DNA of 64,000 nucleotides from an uncultured Chloroflexia bacterium (GTDB lineage: Bacteria; Chloroflexota; Dehalococcoidia; DSTF01; JALHUB01). The DNA lies in the NCBI GenBank assembly GCA_963726245.1, contig CAVSBT010000016.1, positions 42,901-106,900 of the forward strand, in the 5' to 3' direction. This document shows, one piece after another, positions 35,572 to 47,008 of this stretch (positions are counted from its first letter, which is position 1; every line of letters starts with the position of its first letter). Below the pieces are notes generated by a model. That model saw nothing but the letters and a program-made list of their open reading frames with translations. It had not been told where the DNA came from and did not search any database. Both the position numbers and the translations under genes were made by a program.

Positions 35572-36820
35572 GTGAGGAACCTCTCGACCCAGGGGCGCAT
35601 CGTCACGTACACGGCGCTGGCGCACGCCCTGGTGCACGCCACCGAGCTCACCTACGCCGCCCTCCTCCTGCGCATCGGCGACCAGTTCGGCCAGGGCGAC
35701 TTCATGCTGGGCGTGATCGCCAACGTCGCCGCCTTCACCTTCGGCGCGGGCGCCCTGCCTGCGGGCCTCCTCGTCGACCGACTGGGGTCGCAGCGGGTCA
35801 TCACCTTCGGCTTCCTGGCGGCGTCGGCGTCGGCGCTGCTGGTGGGTCTCTCGCCCAACGCCTTCGTCCTGGGGGCCTCCCTGGCGCTGCTGGGGCTGAG
35901 CATCGGCCTCTATCACCCGGCCGGCCTCTCTATCATCGTCCAGGGCGCGGAGAAGAGGGGCCTGGCCCTCGGCTACCACGGCGTGGCCGGCAACATCGGC
36001 GCCGCCCTGGCCCCGGCGCTGGCCGTGGGGCTGGCCGTAGCCATCGACTGGCGGGCCGCCTACTTCGTCCTGAGCGGGCTGGCGCTGCTACTGGTGCTCC
36101 TCCTGCGGGCCATACGCCTGCCCGAGGAAGTGTCGCGGCCGGCGGCAGCGCCGGCGGACGCAGCCGGCCGATGAGGCGCAGGCAGCGCGGGCGCTCATGC
36201 CGCTGCTCCTGGTGTATGGCGTCTTCGTCCTCAACGGCTTCATCTACCGCGGCAGCATAACCTTCCTGCCCACCCACATCGAAGAGAACGTGCACATCAG
36301 CGTCCTGGGCATCAACGAGGCGGCCCTGGCCGGCTCCCTGACCACCGTTGCCCTCCTGGCCGGCGCGGTGGGGCAGTACGTCGGCGGCAGCCTGTCCCAG
36401 CGCCACGTCCTGGAGCGACTGGCGCCGCCGCTGGCCCTGGCTCTCGTACCGGCCCTCCTCTTGATGAGCGTCAGCAGCGGCCTGGCCCTTGTGGCCGCTT
36501 CGGCGGTCTTCGTCTTCTTCAACTTCAGCGGCCAGCCCGTCTACAATGGACTGATCGCCGAGTACACCCCTCAGGGCGCGATGGGCCGGAGCTACGGCAT
36601 CTCCTTCTTCGCGGCCTTCGGGCTGGGCTCGGCGGCAGCGAGCTTCGCGGGCTTCTTCGCCCAGCGCTGGGGGACCGGCTCCGTGTTCGTCTCCCTGGCG
36701 GGCTTCGCGGCGCTGGTGATGGGCCTGTCACTGGTCATATGGCGAACGGCGCCGGCGCGCGGGGGCCTGGTTGCCCCGGCAGCGGCGCCCGGCGACCTGG
36801 CCGCGGGCGGCCTGCAGTAG
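35572..36820 (+). CDS. MFS transporter (apparent frameshift near 36170)
   Basis: G.LVDRLG motif A, YHPAG, ~12 hydrophobic segments over two frames. Confidence 0.85.
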
Positions 36821-36831
36821 GGGGTATCGAC

Positions 36832-37352
36832 ATGGGGTGGAAGGTTCGCGTCGAGGGCACCGACCTGCGCTTCAGCGCCGCCCACTTCACTACCTTCGAG
36901 GGGCAGTGCGAGCCGCTGCACGGCCACAACTACGCAGTAATCGTCGAGGTGGAGGGGGAGCTGACGGAGGACTCCTGGGTGGTGGACTTCAGCGCGCTGC
37001 GGAAGATGGCCCGCCGCATATGCGACGAGCTGGACCACCGCTTCCTCCTCCAGCGCGAGAGCCGCGTGCTCGAGATGGACGAGGGGCCGAGCAACTGGGA
37101 GGTGCGCTTTCGCCCCGGCGGGGCCCCGCCTGACGCGCGAGCGCGCCTGGACGCTGCCCAAGGCCGAGGTGGTCGCCCTCCCCATCGACAACTCGACGGC
37201 GGAGCGGCTGGCGGAGTGGTTCGCCGGGCGTCTGAGCGAGGCGCTGCGCGCCGCCGGCGCCAGCCAACGTCACGGCCATCACCGTCGGCGTCGAGGAGGC
37301 GCCGGGCCAGGCGGCGTGGTACCGGCGGGAGGCCGGTAGGCGGCCGCGTTGA
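36832..37352 (+). CDS. 6-pyruvoyl-tetrahydropterin synthase/QueD-family protein (frameshifted; end approximate)
   Basis: FSAAHF, CEPLHGHNY, VVDF, LDHRFL, N.TAE.LA in an alternate frame. Confidence 0.8.
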
Positions 37353-37377
37353 CATCCCCTCAGCTTGGGCCTACGCT
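37349..37377 (+). promoter_or_regulatory. Sigma70 promoter for pyrE
   Basis: TTGACA-N17-TACGCT. Confidence 0.55.
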
Positions 37378-37420
37378 GCGACCACAGAGGTGCGACACCT
37401 GAGATGAAGCGAGGTTGGGC

Positions 37421-38065
37421 ATGACCCGCGTGACGCGTCAGGAGATCTACGAGCTGCGAGACTCCATGCGGAGGTTCTGCTTCCGGTACGGAGACTTCAC
37501 GCTCTCGTCCGGCCTCAAGAGCAAGTACTACTACAATGGGAAAAGGGCCGTCTTGCGCCCCGGCGTCGCCAGGCTGATCGGGAGGGTCGTCTTCCAACTG
37601 GTGGAGGAGGCGGGCGCCGAGGCCGTCGGCGGCCCCGAGATCGGCTGCATTCCCATCGCGCAGTCGGTTGGCGCCGCCGGTCTGGAGGCAGGTCGGGAGG
37701 TTCCAGGCTTCATCGTCCGCAAGGAGGCGAAGCAGCACGGCGCCAGGGAGCAGGTCGCCGAGGCGGCGCCCGACCAGGGGGAGCACCTGCTGACCGCAGG
37801 GCGCAAGGTGGCGATCGTTGACGACGTGATCACCACCGGCGGCTCCATAGACAAGGCGATCGAGGTGGTGGAGGCGCTCGGCTGTGAGGTGGTTCTCGTC
37901 GTGGCGCTTGTGGAGCGGCACGAGGGCGGCGGCCAGGGTCTCCGCGACCGCGGCTACAACTTCCGGCGGCTCTTCTACACCGATGAGGAGGGCCAGCTCT
38001 TCATCGATGAGGCGCTTCTGCGGAGCGTTCCGGAGACCACCGAAGAGGGGATTCTACACGCATAA
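37421..38065 (+). CDS. pyrE: Orotate phosphoribosyltransferase
   Basis: GDFTLSSG..S.YY, RKEAK.HG, IVDDVITTGGS. Confidence 0.9.
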   Translation: MTRVTRQEIYELRDSMRRFCFRYGDFTLSSGLKSKYYYNGKRAVLRPGVARLIGRVVFQLVEEAGAEAVGGPEIGCIPIAQSVGAAGLEAGREVPGFIVRKEAKQHGAREQVAEAAPDQGEHLLTAGRKVAIVDDVITTGGSIDKAIEVVEALGCEVVLVVALVERHEGGGQGLRDRGYNFRRLFYTDEEGQLFIDEALLRSVPETTEEGILHA

Positions 38066-38149
38066 CACAGGTTCGCCAGAAGCCTGTTGCTCCGATCCTA
38101 TTCGCTATTCCCCCACCAGTGACGAACCAGTCATGTCCTCATAGCCGCG

Positions 38150-38178
38150 TTGACACAGCCGGAGGCCCCCCTTACAAT
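38150..38178 (+). promoter_or_regulatory. Sigma70 promoter for the Trm112-like gene
   Basis: TTGACA-N17-TACAAT. Confidence 0.7.
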
Positions 38179-38234
38179 GAGCGACGTTCCGGCCGCGCCC
38201 GGAGAAGCCGGCAGCTTGTTCGGAGGAGTACCTA

Positions 38235-38426
38235 ATGCGCAAGGACCTCATGGACATCCTCGCCTGCCCCGTCTGCAAGAGCCCTCTGGAGCTCACGGTC
38301 GAGGAGGAGGAAGGCGACGAGGTCATCAAGGGCGCCCTCTACTGCAAGAAGTGCGACGAGCGGTACCCGATAGAGGACAGGATCCCCAACCTTCTGCCGC
38401 CGGAGCTTCGAAAGTCTATGGGCTGA
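38235..38426 (+). CDS. Trm112-like methyltransferase activator (UPF0434)
   Basis: LMDILACPVCK..L...L.C..C...YPI.D.IP.LL; GGAGGAG RBS. Confidence 0.9.
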   Translation: MRKDLMDILACPVCKSPLELTVEEEEGDEVIKGALYCKKCDERYPIEDRIPNLLPPELRKSMG

Positions 38427-38456
38427 GGCCCACGCCTGCGAGGGGAGGCTGACAGC

Positions 38457-38684
38457 ATGGACCGATCACAGACGACAGGAATAATCATAATGGCAGGCGC
38501 CGCCTTGGAGATGCTGCTCTTCCTGTACGGCGCCGCCCGGCGCAGCTACATGGCGGTGGCCCTGCCCGTAATGGCTGCTGTGGCCGCCGTCTCCGCCCTC
38601 GCCTTCTGGGTGGGCTGGACCCTCCTCACGACCGAGGAGGAGATCCCCGAGCTGGAGGGCGAATCGGAGGGCACGACCGTCTAG
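38457..38684 (+). CDS. Small two-TM membrane protein of unknown function
   Basis: GGGAGG RBS, two hydrophobic helices, acidic tail. Confidence 0.7.
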   Translation: MDRSQTTGIIIMAGAALEMLLFLYGAARRSYMAVALPVMAAVAAVSALAFWVGWTLLTTEEEIPELEGESEGTTV

Positions 38685-38707
38685 GGCCCAGCTTAGAGGC
38701 GAAGAGC

Positions 38708-38736
38708 AAAGGGGGTCGCGGTTGCGACCCCTTTTT
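38708..38736. terminator. Bidirectional intrinsic terminator
   Basis: AAAGGGGGTCGC-GGTT-GCGACCCCTTTTT between convergent genes. Confidence 0.75.
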
Positions 38737-39270
38737 CACGCCTCGGGCCCGCCGGAGAGGCGGGCGTCGGTGCCAGCCGGCGGGCGCCACCAGCGTCACC
38801 CCCTCCTCGCCCGCGGCCGCCAGCAGCTCTCGCACCGTCTTCTTCAGGGTGGGGTGCCGCGCCTCGGGGGCGATCTCGGCCAGCGGCACCAGCACGAACG
38901 GCCGCTCGGCCAGCCGCGGATGGGGCAGCACCAGGTCGGCCGCTTCCACGACCCGATCGCCGTAGAGCAGGATGTCCAGGTCCAGGGGCCGCGGGCCCCA
39001 GCGCGGGCCGCCGGGCCGCCGCCCGACCTCGAACTCGACGCGCTTGAGGAAGCGCAGGAGCGCCTCGGGCTCCAGGCCGGTGGTGACGCGACAGGCGGCG
39101 TTGTAGAAGGGGGGCTGGTCCTCCACGCCGACGGGCGCCGTCTCGTAGAGGGAGGAGACCTCCTCCGGGCGGCACAGGCGCTCCAGGAGGCGCAGGCCCA
39201 TGCGCAGGTTGGCCTCGCGGTTTCCCAGGTTGGAGCCCAGCCCCAGGTAGACGGCCGGCCGGTCGCTCAC
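38736..39270 (-). CDS. folK: 2-amino-4-hydroxy-6-hydroxymethyldihydropteridine diphosphokinase (3' end approximate)
   Basis: YLGLGSNLG, SSLYET.P, WGPRPLDLDILLY, PHPR...R.FVL.PL.E. Confidence 0.93.
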
Positions 39271-40138
39271 CGCCGGTCGCCCTGCTTCCAGGACAAGTCG
39301 GCGCGAACGACGGCGTCGGCCACGCGGCAGACCTGCACCATCTCCGCCACGTCGTGGACGCGGACGATGTCGGCGCCGTGGGCGATGGCGATGGCCACGG
39401 TGGCGGCCGTGCCCATGAGCCGCTCCTCCACCGGCACGCCGCCCAGGACGGCCCCGATGGTGGACTTGCGCGAGGTGCCGATAAGGATCGGCAGCCCCAG
39501 GTCTCGGAGCTCCCCCAGGCGGCGCAGCATCTCGAGGTTGTGCTCCTCCGCCCAGCCGAAGCCGAAGCCGGGGTCGATGATGAGGCGCTGGCGGGGGATG
39601 CCGGCCTGCTGGGCCAAGCCCAGGCTGACCTCCAGGCCGGCCCGGATGTCGCCGATGACATCGTGGAAGTCGCGGCCGCGCTGGTTGTGCATGATCACGG
39701 CCGGCACCCCGCGACTCGGCGACCAGGGGCGCCATAGCCGGGTCGTGGCGGAAGCCCCAGATGTCGTTCACCAGGTGGGCGCCGGCCTCCAGGGCGGCCC
39801 GCGCCACGGCCGCCTTGTAGGTGTCGATGCTGACGGGCACGTCCACCTCGCGCGCCAGCCGCTCCACCACGGGCAGCACCCGGCGCATCTCCTCCTCCGG
39901 CGTCACGGCCTGAAAGCCGGGGCGCGTCGATTCGCCGCCCACGTCCAGGATATCGGCGCCCTCCTCGGCAAAGCGCCGGCCCTGGGCCACCGCCGCCTCC
40001 ACGTCGAGCCCCAGGCCGTCGCCTGAGAAGGAGTCCGGCGTCACGTTGATGATGCCCATGACGTAGGTGCGGGCAGCCCCAATCGAAGCGGCGGCCCCCG
40101 ATGGTGAGGGAGGTTGCCCCACCGTCTGTCCTTGCCAC
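39267..40138 (-). CDS. folP: Dihydropteroate synthase (apparent frameshifts near 40075 and 39710)
   Basis: MGIINVTPDSFS, DVGGESTRPG, SIDT, DPGFGF, SRKS, RVHDV. Confidence 0.93.
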
Positions 40139-40262
40139 GCGTCACCCTCCTTCAGAATGTCCAGTGAGAGGCATTCTAAGGCAGGTTCAGGGGCCGGGAC
40201 AAGGATAGACAGGCTATTGGGGGAGGACGGCAGCCGCGGTGGGCGGATTGTGGGACCGTAAC

Positions 40263-43200
40263 CTAGGCGGCGCGGGTCTCCTGGGCCTCGGCCTCCAGCA
40301 CCTGGACAAACGCCTCCACCACCTTGGGGTCGAACTGGGTGCCGGCGCCGCGCCGCAGCTCCTCGACCGCCTCCTCGCGGCTCATGGCCAGGCGGTAGGG
40401 CCGGTCGTTGGTCATGGCCGAGTAGGCATCGGCCACCGACAGGATGCGGGCCGTCATGAGGGATGCGCCGGCCCTTGAGGCCCCGCGGGTAGCCGCTGCC
40501 GTCGAACCACTCATGGTGGGCCGCCACGGCCGGCACTATGTCGGCCAGATGAGCGATGCCGCGCAGGATCGTCACGCTGAACTCTACGTGCTGGCGGATC
40601 AGCTTCCACTCTTCCTCGTTCAAGGGGCCCGGCTTGAGGAGGACACCGTCCGGTACGGCGATCTTCCCCACGTCATGCACCCAGCCGGCCCTGCGCAGGA
40701 TGTTCTGGTTTTCTCGCCCAGGCCCAGAGCGGCCGCCGCCAGCACGCTGTACTTGGCGACGTTGCCGACGTGGCTGGCGCATGGAGGGCTCTTTCTGGAT
40801 GAGAGCGCTGACGAGGCCCTGCATGGCGCTGAAGGCGCTGCTATCGGCCGGCATGAGCTCCTCGACCCGGCCACGGGCGGTGGTGATGCGGCCGCCACCC
40901 CGCTGCTTGGAGCGGTAGAGGGCGCTGTCGGCCAGGCGTCTACCAGCTCGTGCATGACGGTGGCATCGCTGGGGTAGCAGGCGACGCCCATGCTGATGCG
41001 AACCGGGACGCAGCCGTCCTTCCCCTCGCCCTCCAGATAGCGGGCAGCCAGGTTGGCCTGGATACGTTCTCCTATGCGCTCAGCCTCGGCGGTGTCGGCC
41101 TCAGGCAGAATGACCATGAACTCGTCGCCGCCGTAGCGCCCCACGATGTCCTCGGCCCGGCAACTGCTCTGGAGCACCGAGGCCAGGAGCTTCAGGGCTT
41201 CGTCGCCCACCTGGTGGCCGTAGGTGTCATTGATGAGCTTCAAGCTATCGATGTCGAGCATCAGGACGGCGACTGGACGGCGGCTCCGCTTGGCCCGAGC
41301 CATCTCCTGCTCCAGGCGCTCGTACAGGTGGCGGTGGTTGTACAGCCCCGTGAGGGGGTCGGCGATGGCCTGCTGCTGGACCTGCTCGTGGAGGCGGGCG
41401 TTCTCGATGAGGACCGCCGCCTGCCTGGCGATGGCGGCCATGCGTCTCCACCTCCTCCGGCGGGAAGTGCACGAAGTCGCTGAAGGAGTCGACCGCCATC
41501 ACCCCTATGGTCTCTTCCTTGACCACCAGCGGGTAGATGGCTATGGACTTGATGCCGAAGCTCTCCAGCCAGTCGCGCGGAAGGAGACGCGTAGCAGGGA
41601 CGTTCTCCTGGATGATGGGGGCGCGTATGCGGGTGATAGCCTCCACCAGCCGGTGCTCTCCGGCGTCGGCGGTACGCCGTGACGATGGAGCGGAACTTCT
41701 CCCACATCCTCTCATCCTCGGGGCCGAGGGACATGTAGGGCAGCAGCCTGCCCGTCGCCTTGTCGGCCAGGAAGATGCTACAGCGCTCGCCGACGCTGAG
41801 GTCGACCACCGAGCGGCAGAGGGTGATGATCACCTTCTGGAGGCTGAGGCTGGAGCTCGCCGCGCCCACCACCTGCAACAGCGCCTCCGCCCGCCGCCGC
41901 TGCTTCTGCTCTTGCTCGAAGAGCCTGGCGTTCTCGATGACGACCGCCGCCTGCCTGGCGATGGCGGCCAGGGTCTCCACCTCCTCTGGCGGGAAGTGCA
42001 CGAAGTCCCGGAAGGAGTCGACCGCCATGACCCCCACGTTCTTCTCCCTGTGGACAAGCGGGTAAAGGGCGAGCGACTTCACATTGAAGGTATCCACCCA
42101 GTAGTCGGGCAGGAGTCCCGACCCCGGCACATGCTCCTCGATGACGGGTTCCAGCGACTGGAAGGCCTCACTGATGCCGTGGACCTGCGATGCCTCGAGG
42201 GCCGACGACCCCTTGAACTTCTCCCACAGCGAGGGGTCCTCGATGCCAAGGGACATGATGGGTATGGCTCTCTCCTCTCCCTCCTCGGAGAGGAAGAAGG
42301 AGCAGCGGTCGCCCACGCTGAGGTCTACCACCGACTGGCACAACTTGATGAGGACCTTCTTGAGGCTGAGGCTGGAGCTCAGCCGCGCCCACTACCTGCA
42401 ACAGCGCCTCCGCCCGCTGCCGCTGCTTCTGCTCTTGCTCGAAGAGCCTGGCGTTCTCGATGACGACCGCCGCCTGCCTGGCGATGGCCGTCATCGCCTC
42501 GACCTCCTCCGGCGGGAAGTGCACGAAGTCGCTGTAGGAGTCAACGGCTATTACTCCTACCGTGGCATCCTTGACCATCAGCGGATAGATCGCCAGGGAC
42601 TTGAGCCCGAAACTGTCAATCCAGAAGTCGGGGAGGATGCCCGAACCGGGGACGTGCTCCTCGATGACAGGCTGCTGTACGTTAAGGGCGATGCCGAATC
42701 CGCGCACGTCGGGGATGCGCAGCCCGGCGGCGCCGCGGAACTGCTCCCACATGATCGGGCTCTCGGCTCCCAGCGACATGATCGGCTCGAGGGTGCCGCT
42801 TTCGGCGTTGAACAGGAACACGCTGCAGCGTTCGGCGACTGTGAGGTCCACCACCGATCGGCAGACGCTGATCAGCACTTTCTCCAGGCTGAGGCTGGAA
42901 CCGGCCGCATCCACGATGTTTAGGAGCGCCTCGGTTCGTCGCCGCTGCCCTTGCTCCCGCTCGAAGAGCCTGGCGTTGTCGATGAGGACCGCCGCCTGCC
43001 TGGCGATGGCGGTCATCGTCTCTACTTCCTCCTGGGAAGCGCAGGTACTTTCTGGTCGAATCCACCACCATGACGCCGACCACCTGGTCCCGGACGACCA
43101 TGGGATATATGGCCACGCTCTTCATCCCGAAGTCCTTGACCACTGACTTTGAGGGATGAGCCGCGTCCGGTTGGCGTGGCCGATGAGAATGGGCTTCTGG

Positions 43201-44024
43201 GTGAGGAGGACATCGCGCATCCCGGGCGCAAGACTGACAGGGACGCGCGCCGTGGCGCGGAAGCGCTGCCACATCTTCTCGTTCTTGAAGCCCAGGGACA
43301 TGAAGGGCTCCAGCGTCTCGCCGGCCTCATCGACCAGCAGGATGCTACAGCGGTCGGCCACGCTGAGCCTGGTGGCGGCCTCACAGACCTGGATGAGGGC
43401 TTGTTTCAGGCTAGGCTGGATCCGGCGGCGCGGACCAGCTCCAGAAGGGCCTGGGAGCGCTGTGCGCCCGCCGCTCGCGTTCGAGGAGGGAGGCGTTGGC
43501 CACAGCCGCGGCTATCTGCTGGGCGAAGACGCAGGCCACGCGCACGTCGTCGTCCGTGAAACGGCGGGGCGTGAAGCTGCCGATATAGAGGCACCCGATT
43601 TCCTCTCCGCCCACCCGCAGCGGCACCATGATGACGCCGCGGATGCCGAGCTTGCTGGCTTGCGACTCAGCGTAGTTGGGGTCGCGGGCGATGTCAGTGC
43701 TGACGTAGGGCTCGCTCGCCGCGGAAGACGATCCCCCTCCGGCTGGCGTCCCTGTCCAGGCGCCAGTGAGCAAGCGACCTCATCAGGAAGGCCGTACTGG
43801 GCGCGGAAGGTGGGGATGCCGCCCTCGAGCAGGGCGATGGCGGCGGCGTCGGCCTTCAGGGCCTCGCAGACGCCGCGGGCGGCAGCGGCCAGCACCTCGT
43901 CCAGACTGGGGCCTGCCTCGACATCGGATACCTGGAGGGACGCAGCCGGTTGTCCATGGCCTCCGGGACGCACGCTCCGACGGCGCTCGCCATCAATCCG
44001 CCGCCTACTTTCAGTATCGGCCAA
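40263..44024 (-). CDS. Multi-GAF diguanylate cyclase / HD-GYP phosphodiesterase hybrid (multiple apparent frameshifts; start approximate)
   Basis: ~5 GAF-like repeats; [13 protein letters not shown]-site and GRYGGDEF; [22 protein letters not shown]. Confidence 0.85.
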
Positions 44025-44100
44025 CTGGTGGATGTCAATAGGGGATAACTCGTTCAGGAGGCGAGTGAGGTGGGCGGGGAGAGCCGGCCCCAGGGCAGCC

Positions 44101-44502
44101 TCAGCCCTCGATCCTGAGCTCTTCCTCGGACACGCGGCCGTCCTGGATGCGGAAGGCCCTCAGGACGGGGTTCTCGGGGTCGGCCAGGGAGACGATGATG
44201 TAGGTCGACTCCGGCCAGGCGGCCAGGCGCACGTCAGTGGGGGAGGGATAGGCCTCGGTGTGGGTATGGGAGTGGTAGATGGCCAGGAAGTCCCAGCCGT
44301 TGGCGTCGCACTCGCGGTAGATGCGCAGGAGGTCGTGGGGGTCCACGTTGTAGCGATAGGGGCTCTTCTCGGCGTTGACGGCGCGAAACAGCTTCTCAAC
44401 CCGCCCATCGCGCCCGCCGAGGACGCCGCAGCACTCGTTGGGCGCCTCCTCGCGGGCCTGGGCGATGATCTCGTCGGCGTACTTGCGCTCCAGGACGAAC
44501 AC
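44101..44502 (-). CDS. JAMM/M67 metallopeptidase (Mec+/CysO-cysteine peptidase-like)
   Basis: E.CG.L, YHSH......PS..D JAMM motif. Confidence 0.92.
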   Translation of the reverse strand: MFVLERKYADEIIAQAREEAPNECCGVLGGRDGRVEKLFRAVNAEKSPYRYNVDPHDLLRIYRECDANGWDFLAIYHSHTHTEAYPSPTDVRLAAWPESTYIIVSLADPENPVLRAFRIQDGRVSEEELRIEG

Positions 44503-44563
44503 CGGCTCGTCCGTTAGTCCCAGCGCCTCACCTCTCCGTCGTCGATGTAGGCGGCAGGCGCCC

Positions 44564-45506
44564 CTACCACCAGATCATGGACTCTATCTCCTCCGGCAGG
44601 TCCTCGTACTCCTTGGTCCAGAGCTCGGTGGAGAGGTACTTCCAGCCCCCGTCGGCCAGGAGGAGAACGACGTTGCCCTCTCTTCAGGCGCCGCGCCACC
44701 CGCTGGGCCGTGCGCAGCACCGCCCCCGACGAGATGCCGGCGAAGATGCCCTCCTTCTGCGTGAGCTCCTTGGCGGCGGCGAAGGCCGTGCGCGAGGTCG
44801 ACCACGATCCTGCCGTCCAGCACCGACTCGTCGAACACCTCAGGGATGAAGCCGTCCTCCAGGCTGCGCAGCCCCTGGACCAGGTCGCCCGGGTGGGGCA
44901 CGGTGGCGATGACCTTCACGTCCGGCTTGCGCTCCTTCAGGTAGCGGCCGGCGCCGGTGAGGGTGCCGCCGGTACCCAGCCCCGCCACGAAGACATCCAC
45001 CTCCGGCAGGTCGCGCAGGATCTCGGGGCCGGTGGTCTCGTAGTGGGCGCGCGGATTGGCGACGTTGCCGAACTGGTAGGGCATGTAGTAGGCATCGGGG
45101 TCGGCGCGCATCATCTCCTGCGCCATGGCGATGGCGCCGTTGGTGCCCGTAGCGGCCGTCGCGTGTAGACGACCTCGGCCCCGAAGGCCTTCAGGAGCTG
45201 AGCCCGCTCTTCGCTGACGTTGTCCGGCATCACCGCCTTCACCCGGTAGCCCTTGAGACGGCCGATGAAGGCCAGGGCGATGCCGGTGTTGCCGCTGGTG
45301 GCCTCCAGGATGATCCGCTCCGGCGTCAGCTCGCCCTTCCGCTCGGCGTCCTCCAGCATGTACTTGGCGATGCGGTCCTTGACGCTGCCGGTCGGGTTCT
45401 GGCCCTCCAGCTTGGCGAAGAAGCGCACGTCCTCGTTAGGGCTGAGGTTGGGTAGCTGCACCAGCGGCGTGTTGCCGATGGCATCCAGGATGCTCGTGAT
45501 ACGCAA
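44564..45506 (-). CDS. cysM: PLP-dependent cysteine synthase, CysM type (sulfur-carrier dependent; frameshifted)
   Basis: IGNTPLV, NPTGSVKDR, TSGNTG, GTGGT; C-terminus ADGGWKYLS...WW* resembles mycobacterial CysM. Confidence 0.82.
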
Positions 45507-45518
45507 GGCGATCCCCGC

Positions 45519-45793
45519 TCAGGCGCCTCCCGCCAGGGCCGGCAGGATGGAGATACGTCGCCGTCCTGGAGGGGCGTGTCGAGGGCATCCAGGTAGCGGA
45601 TGTCCTCGTCGTTAAGGTAGATGTTCACGAAGCGGTGGAGCTGGCCGTCCTCGCCCGTGATCTGCTCCTTGAAGCCGGGATAGGCGGCATCCAGGTTGGC
45701 GAGAAGCTCGCCGACGGTGGCGCCCTCGCTCATCACGGACTTGGCGCCCACCACGCGCTGCAACACAGAAGTCAGACGGACCTCCACGGCCAT
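45519..45793 (-). CDS. Ubiquitin-like sulfur carrier (CysO/MoaD/ThiS family) ending ...ALAGGA*
   Basis: AGGAGG RBS; G.TV.ELL..L...YPG, FVNIYLNDEDIR, DTPL.DGD, ILPALAGGA after one indel. Confidence 0.88.
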
Positions 45794-45803
45794 ACGCTTC
45801 CTC

Positions 45804-46958
45804 CTAGGCGTCGTTGCCTGACCGGCGGGCAGGCCCGCCGCGGCATGGCTGCCGCCGGGGAACCCGCAGAACTCCTCGTAGTCGATGAGCTCCGTCACCG
45901 TCGGGTGGTCGCCGCAGACAGCGCACTCCGGGTCGCGGCGGATGCGGACGCTGCGCCACTCCATGGAGAGGGCATCGAACAGCAGCAGGCGGCCGCTAGA
46001 GACTCGCCCGCGCCCAGGATGAGCTTCATGGTCTCGATGGCCTGGATGCAGCCGATGACGCCCGGCAGGGCGCCCAGCACGCCGGCCTCGGCGCAGGAGG
46101 GCACCAGCCCCGGCGGCGGCGGCGTCGGGTAGAGGCAGCGGTAGCAGCCCTTGCCGGGCAGGAACACCGTGGCCTGGCCGTCGAAGAGGAGGACGCTGCC
46201 GTCCACCAGCGGCTTCTTGCAGGAAGACGCAGGCGTCGTTCACCAGGTAGCGGGCGGCGAAGTTGTCCATCCCGTTCACCACGATGTCGTACTGGGAGAT
46301 GATGTCCAGGGCGTTGTCGGAGGTCAGGGCACGTTGTGGGGCACCACCCGCACGTCCGGGTTATGGGCGGCGATGGTCTCCCGGGCCGACTCCACCTTGG
46401 GGCGGCCCACGTCCTCGGTATGGTGGAGGATCTGGCGCTGGAGGTTCGAGAGGTCCACGGCGTCGAAGTCGACGATGCCCAGGGTGCCGACGCCCGCCAG
46501 GGCCAGGTAGAGGGCCGCCGGCGAGCCCAGGCCGCCCGCCCCCAGGATGAGGACTCTGGCCTCCATGAGCTTTCGCTGCCCGACGCTGCCCACCTGGGGC
46601 ATGATGATGTGACGCGAGTAGCGCAGCACCTGCTGCTCGGTGAGGGCCCAAGGCGCCCGCGCCGGGTGCTCGCCATCGCCCGCGCCGCCGGCCAGGGCGG
46701 GGATCACCGCCACCTGATCGCCGTCCTCGAGGGGTGTCGCCGTGCCCTCCAGGGTGCTGATCTCCTGGTTGTTGACGTAGATGTTGATGTGGGCCGGGAT
46801 CTCGATTCGTCATCGTTGAAGACCAGGCTTCTGAATCCCGGGAACTGGCGCTCCAGGTCCTCCAGAAGCTCGGCCACGTCCTTGCCGTGCGCCTCCACCT
46901 GGGACCGGTTGCCGGTCAGCCGGCGGAAGGGCGACGGCACGTACACCGAGACTGCCAT
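45804..46958 (-). CDS. moeB: Ubl (MoaD-like)-MoeB/ThiF E1 adenylyltransferase fusion (frameshifted)
   Basis: N-terminal beta-grasp ending IPALAGG runs without a stop into [40 protein letters not shown]. Confidence 0.85.
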
Positions 46959-47008
46959 CCTATCCTCCGAGTGGGTATGGGTCGCCGAGTTTCATCTCTG
47001 CCCTGTCT

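Noticed and set aside
36172-36174. TGA in the MFS gene as selenocysteine or stop-codon recoding
   Set aside because: The downstream half is in a different frame, so an indel rather than read-through explains it
45780-45830. Apparent read-through of MoeB into the downstream Ubl (Ubl-E1-Ubl triple fusion)
   Set aside because: One extra G in CAGG restores ...GQGNDA-TAG, directly overlapped by AGGAGG before the Ubl ATG; separate genes plus a sequencing deletion is more parsimonious, though not proven
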